The notes beneath the pieces were generated by a model that worked only from the letters and a program-made list of their open reading frames with translations, did not search any database and was not told the origin of the DNA. Shown here piece by piece: positions 30,740 to 40,000 of a stretch of 64,000 nucleotides of DNA. The translations under genes and the position numbers were made by a program. How positions within the stretch are numbered: position 1 is the stretch's first letter; every line of letters begins with the position of its first letter. The DNA comes from a candidate division WS6 bacterium OLB20 (GTDB lineage: Bacteria; Patescibacteriota; Dojkabacteria; B142; OLB20), in the NCBI GenBank assembly GCA_001567355.1, contig JYNZ01000002.1, positions 199,477 to 263,476 of the forward strand, in the 5' to 3' direction.

Positions 30740-31119
30740 ATGATCTGGTCGCTGATCGCCTCAGCCAGTGCGGTAAAATCCTTTTTATCGGGAGATGCAC
30801 CGCTATACCGTGGGATCAGATGAAGATGGTAGTGCATGACCTCCTGTCCTGCTGCCGTGCCGTTATTCTGCCTGATATTCATTCCATCCGGATGCAGAGA
30901 CCGGTCAATGGCGATTGCCAGTTTTTTTGCGAGCGGCATCAGTTCGCGCGCGTCATCCTCATCAAGGTCAAATATATTTTCGTTATGTTTTCTGGGAATG
31001 ATCAGTGTGTGACCCGTTTCGCTGGGGTTGATATCAAGGATGGCAATAAAGGAGTCATTTTCATACACTTTGTGTGAGGGGATCTCACCGGCTACTATTT
31101 TGCAGAAGATGCAGTCCAT
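30736..31119 (-). CDS. HIT-family (histidine triad) hydrolase
   Basis: HIT motif HYHLHLIP, with N-terminal DCIFCKI. Confidence 0.8.
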   Translation of the reverse strand: MDCIFCKIVAGEIPSHKVYENDSFIAILDINPSETGHTLIIPRKHNENIFDLDEDDARELMPLAKKLAIAIDRSLHPDGMNIRQNNGTAAGQEVMHYHLHLIPRYSGASPDKKDFTALAEAISDQII

Positions 31120-31168
31120 ATCTGATCAGATAAGATGTAATTGCGATTCGGGTTTTGGTGTATCCGTG

Positions 31169-31522
31169 TCAGTATTCCCTTTTGCATGTTTTTTTAGCCC
31201 GCGGCGAACCGGGCAGCTTACCGTCATACATCTGGTAAAGCTTCCACATAAACACACGTCCTTTTTTGGCGGTGTTTGGATAATCAACTGCAAATGACAG
31301 CGCGGCCTCCAGCTTCGCTCGCGGCAGGTCCTTTGCAAGTCTGATATACAACGCCTTATGTTCCATGTCGTTCAGCTGATGCGCGAGACGCAGTCCGTAA
31401 TCCTGAAACTCTTCGCTGATATAGGGGTTTTTCTGCTGCAGCCGGGCGACGAAATCGTGCTTCAGCAGAATATCTTTAATAGATTGCGGCTCAGTCTTTT
31501 TCTTCATCAGCTGTAGTAACAA
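31169..31522 (-). CDS. hypothetical protein
   Basis: 117-aa ORF; the more likely ATG start is near 31507. No family recognised. Overlaps the out-of-frame 3' tail of murC. Confidence 0.3.
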   Translation of the reverse strand: MLLQLMKKKTEPQSIKDILLKHDFVARLQQKNPYISEEFQDYGLRLAHQLNDMEHKALYIRLAKDLPRAKLEAALSFAVDYPNTAKKGRVFMWKLYQMYDGKLPGSPRAKKTCKREY

Positions 31523-32965
31523 GAGCAGGGATCATACCTCTGAAGCTGTGGCTTCCCATAAAAATAACAACGGATCGGTCATGTTCTTTAATAATACCAG
31601 ACAGCGTTGCGACAAGTTCCGGGTCGTCTGAAACAACTGTAATCCTCTCGTCATTCAGGCTTCGGCCAGTTCGCTTTCGTCCATGTGGATCGTGTCACTT
31701 TTCGGTAATCTGGTAAACCGTGGGAAATACACAGCATCGGCATCCGCAAACGCATCCTTGTATTCGGAAAGCGATGCGGCAACTCTGTTGCCGGTGTTGG
31801 GCTCAAATACTGCTGCAATATAGGCATCAGGGTAATCTGTTCTGACAGCATGCAGGGCACCGCGGGCTTTGGGTGGTGAACTGCCAAAGTCATCAATGAT
31901 CACAGTATGCTCGTTCTCAAACCGGACTTCGAGACGTCTGCGTATTCCCGAGAACTTCGAGATAGCTTCCTGTATCCGTTCCTTGCGGATACCGAGTTCG
32001 TATGCAAGTGCCCCGGCAGCCAGCAGATTCTCCTCGTTAAATTCGCCGATCAGTTTACGCTCATATGGAATAATCTCAGGACTGTCTGTATCCCTTACAA
32101 AGGACGGCAACGGTTTTGACCCGCGCATCAGTATCCAGTCGGGCTTTGCGTGAGCAGTTGTATGATCCGCGGCATAAAACACAACTCTGCATGCAGCGTT
32201 TTTCACAGCTTCAACTATATGTATATCGGCGGCATTGGCAACAATAAGACCTTCTGCGGGTACCTGACTGATGAGCCCCGTAAATGCATCAAGATAAGAC
32301 TCCTTTGTGGGAAACAGGTCCGGGTGATCCCACTGCATTGCTGTCAGGACAAGATATACGGGCGAATACAGCAGAAACTTGGAGCGCCTGTCATCGGTCG
32401 AAATCAGGTATTCATCACCTTCGACAACACTGTACGATTGTTTGCCGCCTTGCATTACGGGTAGCGTTCCATCAGTTGACAATCCCCCGAACATCCAGCC
32501 TGGATTGTTACCGGCATGTGAGAGTATTGCAGCAACAGCTGCTGTAGTTGTCGTTTTGCCGTAAGTTCCGGCAACAACAATCGACCTGGCCGGGTTTATT
32601 ACATACTCCTGCAGAACTGCAGGGTAGGTTTTGACAGTTAACCCAAGCCGGAGAGCCTCAGTATACTCCTTGTTGCTGCTGCCTTTTGTCCCCTGAAACA
32701 CAACAAGGTCAGGGTGTCTTCCGTCCACGGTCAGACGCTCCGGTTTAAATCCGGGCATGACCTCAATCTCCTGCTCGGCAAGAAACGTACTGACAGGCGG
32801 ATAGAAGCCTTTATCAGAACCGGTAACCTTCCAGCCTAGCTGACGGAACATTGCCGCTACTCCTGAGGTGGTTACACCGGCGATACCAATTATATGTACC
32901 CAGTTGTCCATACTACCTGTAAGATACTTGAATACATTCATATAACGCAATCTCCAGAGAAACAA
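31491..32965 (-). pseudogene. murC: UDP-N-acetylmuramate--L-alanine ligase (MurC/Mpl family); last ~50 codons out of frame after a 1-nt indel (C2 vs C3 near 31658)
   Basis: N-terminal HIIGIAGVTTSGVAAMF...GWKVTGSD, Mur ligase central and C-terminal domains. The -1 frame continues as LNDERITVVSDDPELVATLSGIIKEHDRSVVIFMGSHSFRG, which matches the MurC C-terminus. Confidence 0.7.
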
Positions 32966-33219
32966 TACCGAATAAAAACTGAAATCCTACGAATTAGGAA
33001 ATTTTTTGTTACAACAGTTTTACAATACGCTCATCGGTCCAGACCGGAGGTCCGGTCAAAAAACCTTGTACAACAACTTCAGCGGGGTGAGATCGGGTAC
33101 AGATACAAGATACGTATTTCTGCAATTCTGTCTGATTGCAGGATACATCAATCAGATAAATTTGTATCTTTCCACACACTCAGGTACATACAGCAATCAG
33201 CCTGTTGTATGTTTGACTC

Positions 33220-33266
33220 ACACAATAAATTGTTGCTAACTTGTGTTACCTCCACAAGAAGTTGTG
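33220..33266 (+). promoter_or_regulatory. two NrdR-box-like palindromes, centres 32 bp apart, upstream of nrdR-nrdJ
   Basis: ACACAATAAATTGTTG at 33220-33235 and CACAAGAAGTTGTG at 33253-33266. Both resemble the reported NrdR-box consensus (acaCwAtATaTwGtgt); NrdR boxes are reported to occur as pairs spaced about three helical turns. Confidence 0.35.
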
Positions 33267-33307
33267 CTTAGTGAAGATTCTTAGTCAAACTTTTTTACTG
33301 CGTAATA

Positions 33308-33769
33308 ATGCTGTGTCCGTTTTGTCATAAAGACTCAAACAAGGTTATCGATAAACGCGATAATAACGAGACTGGTGTAACCAGAAGAAGGAGAGAATGT
33401 CTTATCTGTACAAAACGCTTCACCACCTACGAACGAATCGAAAATATCAGCCTGCATGTTGTAAAGCGAAGTGGCAAAATAGAAGAGTTTGACAGGGAAA
33501 AACTCAAACGCGGTGTAACAAGAGCAGTAAAGAAACGGCTGATCCCCGAATCTGTCATTGACGAAATGATTGATGATATCGAGCTGAAGCTTCTCAACAG
33601 AAAGACAAGTGAAATAAAATCCACGGAAATCGGAAAAATGGTTCTGACACGACTAAAGAAAATCGATACTATCGGTTATCTTCTGTTCGCTTCCGTATAT
33701 CGCGACTTTAACTGCATCGCCGACTTTGAGGAGGCAATAGCAGAACTTAAACATGTTACTTCCACTTAA
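33308..33769 (+). CDS. nrdR: transcriptional repressor NrdR
   Basis: Zn-ribbon MLCPFCH...RRRRECLICTKRFTTYE followed by an ATP-cone. 153 aa. Confidence 0.9.
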   Translation: MLCPFCHKDSNKVIDKRDNNETGVTRRRRECLICTKRFTTYERIENISLHVVKRSGKIEEFDREKLKRGVTRAVKKRLIPESVIDEMIDDIELKLLNRKTSEIKSTEIGKMVLTRLKKIDTIGYLLFASVYRDFNCIADFEEAIAELKHVTST

Positions 33770-33784
33770 TACATTTATTCAGCT

Positions 33785-35578
33785 ATGGCACAATCACGCT
33801 TTGCAACAGAACCGAAACTGACAGATAACGCCAGGATGATTGCAGAAAAACGATATCTCAAGCTTGAACCTGATGGTTCTGTAAAAGAGACACCACGCGA
33901 GATGTTTGCCCGCGTTGCCAGGTTTATAGCCAGCGGTGACAGCGACACATCAGACAAGAAGAAGGATTACTCCAGGCCCTCTCAGAAAGAGATAGAGGAG
34001 CTTGAGAACTCATTTTTTGAGATCCAGGCAAACCTTGAGTTTCTGTCTGGTATGTCTCTGCTGGACAGGGGCAAAGAGGATCTTGTTGCTGCCTGCTATG
34101 TACTGCCGATTCACGATAATATCGAATCCATCTATGGAACGCTTGCCAATGCAGTCGTTCTCCACAGACGGGGTGCAGGTATCGGATACGACTTCTCGGA
34201 GATCAGGCCTGAGGGTGAGACAGTTTCCACCACTGGTCGCGAGGCATCCGGTCCGATCTCATTTATGAAACTATATGACTTCAGCTCCGAGGTGATTATG
34301 AACAGGGGAGCTGTAAGACATGCGGGTCACATGGGCATCCTTCGTATTGATCACCCGGATATCCGTAAGTTTATTTCAGCCAAACAGGATTACTCCCAGC
34401 TGACCAACTTTAATATCTCGATTGCCATTACTGACGAGTTTGCTGATGCTCTTAAAAAAGGTACAAGCTACAACCTGCAGCATGACGGAAAGGTGTACGG
34501 GCAGATCTCTGCAGAAGAGGTACTCAACGAGATTGCAGCAAGTATCCACCGTTCCGGTGAGCCTGGATTCATCTTTGTAGACGAAATCAACAGGCACAAT
34601 CCCACACTTCACATCGGCAGAATGACGTCGACCAACCAGTGCGGCGAACAGCCACTGCTGCCGTATGAGGCATGCAATCTGGGCTCTGTTGTATTAAACA
34701 GGTTTGTCATCCAGGATAAACGTAAACAGGATGTTCCTGCCAAAGACAAGATAGACTGGGACAGACTTGCATATGTAGTAAAAACTGCAGTGCATTTTCT
34801 GGATAACACCATCACTGTTTCGCAGCATCTGCTTCCTGAGATCGAGAAAATGGTCAAACACGGCAACCGCAAGATCGGAATCGGTGTAATGGGTTGGGCT
34901 GACATGCTGTATGAGCTCGAAATCCCTTATAACTCCAAGGAAGCACTGGAACTGGCCGAGACCGTGATGAAGTTTATCAAGGAGAAGGGCCACGAGAAGT
35001 CACAGGAACTCGGCGAGAGAAAAGGCGATTTCGGCAACTTTAAGGGATCAAAATGGGACAAAGAAGGCTACAAACACATGCGCAATGCAACAGTGACGAC
35101 AATCGCCCCCACGGGTACGACAAGTCTACTGGCTGACTGCAACGGAGGCATTGAACCGTTCTTTGCCCTGGCATATGTGCGTAAGAACATGGAGACTATG
35201 GGAGATACCGAAATGGTGTATGTGAATAAATATCTTGAACAGAAACTGAAGGATGAGTGGCTCTATGATAAGGAATTGATGCGCAGGATTGCCGGTACAG
35301 GCACACTTGCATCATTTGACAAGATTCCGGACAGAGTCAAAAAGGTGTTTGTATCGGCATTTGATATCTCTCCTGAGTGGCATATCAGGATGCAGGCCGC
35401 ATTTCAGAAGTATACTGACAATGCTGTATCAAAAACGATAAATATGCCTGAAGAGGCAAGTGTAGAAGATGTTGCAGAAGCGTTCCGTCTGGCAGCGTCG
35501 CTGGATCTGAAGGGTCTTACTATTTACCGGGATAAAAGCCGGGATCAGCAGGTATTAAATTTACATAACTCAAAATGA
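33785..35578 (+). CDS. nrdJ: class II (adenosylcobalamin-dependent) ribonucleotide reductase catalytic core, standalone and lacking the C-terminal redox tail
   Basis: N-terminal Cys (AACYVLPIHDNIESIYG). Finger-loop motif TNQCGEQPLLPYEACNLGS. B12-type core. Ends at ...GLTIYRDKSRDQQ without the Cys-rich tail. Confidence 0.8.
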   Translation: MAQSRFATEPKLTDNARMIAEKRYLKLEPDGSVKETPREMFARVARFIASGDSDTSDKKKDYSRPSQKEIEELENSFFEIQANLEFLSGMSLLDRGKEDLVAACYVLPIHDNIESIYGTLANAVVLHRRGAGIGYDFSEIRPEGETVSTTGREASGPISFMKLYDFSSEVIMNRGAVRHAGHMGILRIDHPDIRKFISAKQDYSQLTNFNISIAITDEFADALKKGTSYNLQHDGKVYGQISAEEVLNEIAASIHRSGEPGFIFVDEINRHNPTLHIGRMTSTNQCGEQPLLPYEACNLGSVVLNRFVIQDKRKQDVPAKDKIDWDRLAYVVKTAVHFLDNTITVSQHLLPEIEKMVKHGNRKIGIGVMGWADMLYELEIPYNSKEALELAETVMKFIKEKGHEKSQELGERKGDFGNFKGSKWDKEGYKHMRNATVTTIAPTGTTSLLADCNGGIEPFFALAYVRKNMETMGDTEMVYVNKYLEQKLKDEWLYDKELMRRIAGTGTLASFDKIPDRVKKVFVSAFDISPEWHIRMQAAFQKYTDNAVSKTINMPEEASVEDVAEAFRLAASLDLKGLTIYRDKSRDQQVLNLHNSK

Positions 35579-35820
35579 ACGTGGGATTAGAAGCCTTCAG
35601 TATTTCACAATCAGTGTTTCTGGAAAAAGTAGGTCAGGACCTGAGTTTCGGTGTCAGGATAAAAGGGTCCCGTGATACCGGCAAAGATGTGGTTCGCGTC
35701 TGGACCGATACACAGAGCTGGCAGTTCAGTCTGATGGGGCTGATTGATGACGAGCAGGTCATTACTGTTGAGCGTGTGGAGATCCAGTCATTCGGATCAA
35801 GCGTTCAATATATGAGCTGA
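35575..35820 (+). CDS. small hypothetical ORF (81 aa), possibly a vestige of an NrdJ C-terminal region
   Basis: ATGA overlap with the nrdJ stop. Faint similarity of FGVRIKGSRDTGKDVVRVW to the VRGLTTKVRTEQGELFVTI segment of the large NrdJ. Confidence 0.2.
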   Translation: MNVGLEAFSISQSVFLEKVGQDLSFGVRIKGSRDTGKDVVRVWTDTQSWQFSLMGLIDDEQVITVERVEIQSFGSSVQYMS

Positions 35821-36019
35821 TCGCTGTCCACACCGAGCCCGAACTTGAGATTGACCTGCAAAAGCTCAGTCCCAATTTTGCCGAGCTGTCAGATGTATCT
35901 GCTGAAGAGGCCCGCTATTTTATGGAGGGGTATATGCAGTCAACTGTAAACAGAACACTGACGCAGCAGCTGTTTACAAGTTTTGCAAACGAGGAGGACG
36001 TTCAGAACTGGTTATCACT

Positions 36020-36898
36020 ATGAATACAGACGTAACAATTACAACAGTTGGTGTGATCTATGACACAGAGGGCAGGCTGCTTGTCACAAAACGTGCTGCA
36101 CAGGAAGATCACGCGGCAGGGGTTTACTCGTATCCAGGAGGGAAACTTGAGTATGACGGCAGCAGCGACGGCAGGGATACGATGTTTATCCTTGAAGACA
36201 ATCTGCGCAAAGAAATAAAAGAGGAAACCGGGATCGAAACAGGAGAACTTACCTACCTGAGCTCTCATGCATTCGTTAAAGAATCAGGATCAAAGGTCGT
36301 CATTGTAGCCTATGCAGCCGAGTATGTTGCTGGCGAGGCACTGGCAGTGGAGGCGAGCGAAGTCAGCGAAGTGCGCTGGATCAGCCGTGATGAAATCGAT
36401 GCAGTGATTGAGTATGAGTCTGTCAGGATTGTTTACCGTCAGGCAGCAGACTACATCGCAGCACAGAATGCTCTCTACCACGTGCAGCTTGGTGCCATGG
36501 TTATTAATGAGCAGGAGGAGTTTTTACTGGTTCGCTACGCAGAACGTCCCGACCATCTTGAAGTACCGAAAGGTGCTCTGCACAGAAGTATCAAGGGAAG
36601 CTGGGAAGCAATGGAGCAGGAGACAGCCAGAACCGTGTTTCAACAGACCGGCGTTGAGGTGGCAGACGGACAGATCCCGTTTACTGATCAGATTCTCATG
36701 GATAAAGAGCGGTTTGATACTGTCATGCAGTACTTTATCTGCAGATATCAATACGGTACGGCAATGATTAAATCACCTGAAACTGTTACCGAGGTCGTCT
36801 GGGTGCATATCAACGATATTGACCGTTCAGAGGTCAACGAAAAAGACTATCTGATGCTTTACAAGGCGCACGATTTTCTGTCTGCGCTCCGCACTTAA
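36020..36898 (+). CDS. tandem Nudix hydrolase (two Nudix folds)
   Basis: Canonical Nudix box GGKLEYDGSSDGRDTMFILEDNLRKEIKEETGIE in the first half. Degenerate second Nudix-like half (VPKGALHRSIKGSWEAMEQETARTVFQQTGVE). Confidence 0.75.
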   Translation: MNTDVTITTVGVIYDTEGRLLVTKRAAQEDHAAGVYSYPGGKLEYDGSSDGRDTMFILEDNLRKEIKEETGIETGELTYLSSHAFVKESGSKVVIVAYAAEYVAGEALAVEASEVSEVRWISRDEIDAVIEYESVRIVYRQAADYIAAQNALYHVQLGAMVINEQEEFLLVRYAERPDHLEVPKGALHRSIKGSWEAMEQETARTVFQQTGVEVADGQIPFTDQILMDKERFDTVMQYFICRYQYGTAMIKSPETVTEVVWVHINDIDRSEVNEKDYLMLYKAHDFLSALRT

Positions 36899-37020
36899 CT
36901 ATTTTTACTTATTTTACTTACAGCACACAATCATGAGCACTAACGAACCATTTGAAGAACTGCAGGATATTCCTGAGGATCTGTTTACACCCGAACTGAG
37001 CGAAAAACTCGCTTGAGATT

Positions 37021-40000
37021 ATGCGAAAACGGCATCTGCTTAAAGATGACCAGGGTGAACTGCTGGAAGAACCGCGTGACATGTTCTGGCGTGTTGCCAG
37101 AAGCATGGCACTGGAAGATGCCAAGTATGTAAAAGGTGCTCAGGCCAGAAAGGAGCGTGTCGTCAAGCGGACAGCGCGTGAGTTTTATGAGCTGCTTGCC
37201 GGTAACAGGTTTCTGCCAGGGTCACGTGTGCTGTACGAAGCCGGAAACGAGATCGACGGAACAGGACAGCTGTCCTCATGCTTTGTGCTGCCTATTGAAG
37301 ACAGCCTGGAGTCCATCTTTGAAACCATGAAGGAAGCTGCCATTGTTCAGAAGAACAACGGCGGTACCGGATTCAACTTCTCGCATATCAGACCAAAAGG
37401 TGACAGTGTCGGCGGCACCCCAAATGTGGCCGCAGGTCCGGTGCACTTTATTCGCAGTTTTTCACAGGCTTTTGACCAGGTGTTGCAGGGTAAAAAGCGC
37501 GGAGGCGGCAACATGGCAATTCTCAACGTCAACCACCCTGATATCATCGAGTTTATCAACCTTAAGGGCCAGGACAACTCTATCCGCAACTTTAATATCT
37601 CTGTCGGTGTGACGGACGAGTTCATGCAGGCAGTAAAGAACGATGAGGAGTATGATCTGATCAATCCGCGTAACGGACAGGCTGTAAAACGCCTGCGGGC
37701 ACGCGAGGTCTTTGATCTTATCTGCGAAAAAGCATGGGAATGTGCAGACCCCGGACTGTTCTTTCTTGATACTACGCAAAATGCCAACCCGACCAAGCCG
37801 CTTGGTGTTATCGAAGCAACCAATCCATGCGGTGAGGAACCGCTGCGTGCATACGAATCGTGCAATCTGGGATCGATTGTGCTCCCCACTCACCTGATAA
37901 AGGTAAATGGTGAGTATCAGGTTGACTGGGAGCTGCTGCGCAAATCAGTGCGCTCAGCTACACACTTTCTTGATAACATGATCGATCTGAGCAAATTCCC
38001 GCTGAAGAAAATTGAACAGGAGGTCGAACAGACACGCAAACTCGGACTCGGACTTGTCGGTCTTGCATCCATGTTCTACATGATGGAAATCCCGTACAAC
38101 TCAAAGGAGGCTACAGATCTGACAAAGGAGATAATGGCATTTGTACAGGAGGAGGCTACCGTTGAATCCGAAAACCTGGCAAAGGACAGAGGGGTATTCC
38201 CCGGTTTCAAAGGAAGCAAATGGGATGATCTGGGTCGGGAGGTGCGCAACGCAACTATGACCTCAGTGGCACCAACCGGAACTCTGAGCCTGGTGGCAGA
38301 CACGTCAAGCGGTATTGAGCCGGTCTTTGCGCTTGTATACAAACGCAGCAGTTTTTACCAGGATGAAGGACAGGAGGAAAGAAAACAGCTTCTTTACGTT
38401 GACCGGCACTTCGAGGCGTACGCGCGTGAGCACGGTTTCTACTCCGAGGATCTGATGGAGAAGATTGCAGAAAACCGCGGTTCACTGCACGGTCTGGCAG
38501 AGGTTCCTTCTGATGCGCAGAACATTTTTGTCACAACTCACGATATCGAGCCTGACTGGCATGTGAAAATGCAGGCAGCAGCACAGGACTCTGTAGACGC
38601 TGCTGTCTCAAAGACAATCAACCTGCCAAACGAGGCAACTGTTGATGATGTCAGAACCGCATATGTTCAGGCATGGGAACTTGGCTGTAAAGGTATCACC
38701 ATTTACCGTGACGGCAGCAAGCAGTTCCAGGTACTTGAAAACGTCAGCAAAAAAGAAAAAGTCGAACAGGAGGAGGCAAAACTTGACCTTACATTTAACG
38801 TCAGCGCAAAGACTCACGAGGAAGAACACATTCTCACTGAGAATGCGATGACAGTGCTTGAAAAGCGGGCACTCGCCAAAGATGACAGCGGTGCTATCGC
38901 AGAGACTCCCGACCAGCTTTGGCGCAGAATTGCACGCAAGGTTGCTTCTGCCGAGCAGCAGTCGCTCCAGGACACTTACGAAGAGGCGTTTTATCAGCTC
39001 ATGCATAATGGAGAGTTTTACAGCGGAGGAACACTTCTCTGGGCCGGTATGGGTGAAGAGACTATTCTGTCTAAATGCCTCGTGCTTCCGGTCTCGGATT
39101 CAATCGATTCGATCTTTCAGACACTTAACTGGAACATTCAGTGCCTCAGGCGGGGAGTCGGGACAGGGTTCAACTTCTCCACCATCAGATCCAGCTACGC
39201 CCAGGTTAAAACGACCGGCGAGTTTGCAGCCGGACCAGTAGAGTATCTGCGCATGTACAATCGGGCACAGGATACTATCAGGGGCCGCGGTGGCAGAGGC
39301 CTTGGATCGATGGCAATACTTAACGCCGACCACCCGAATATTGAGGAGTTTATCGAAAGCAAGGACGATCTTACAGCGATTTCGCACTACAACATCTCGG
39401 TCGGAGTCAGCGATGCTTTTATGAAAGCAGTAAAAAACGATGAGGACTGGGATCTTACAGACCCCTCTGACGGCAAGGTTTACAAGACAGTAAAAGCACG
39501 CGCACTGTTTGAAAATATTGCCCGTCATGCATGGAAGAGCGGCGACCCCGGACTGTTTTTTGTTGATGTCGCTGAGCGTGCAAATACAACACCGGCGCTT
39601 GGCCGTATGGATGCCACAAACCCCTGCGGAGAGCAGCCGCTGATCCCGTTTGAGACCTGCAATCTGGGTCATATCAACCTTGCTCGGATGATTCAGGGCT
39701 TCCCGTATGCAGCAGATGAGACGGTCAGAGACTGGAGCTTTGAGCGCAAGATGGAACTGATCGACTGGGATCGCCTCAAGGATGTTACCTACCTGGCAGT
39801 CCGATTTCTGGACAACATTATCGATGTCAACAACTACCCGATCAGAGAGATCGAGGAGATGACCAGAAAGACAAGAAACGTTGGCGTCGGTGTCATGGGG
39901 TACACTGACATGCTGATCAAGCTGGGTATCAGCTACGGATCTGCAGAGTCGGTTAGGATCGCTGAAGAAGTGATGAGCTTTATCCAGGATACTGCTCATG

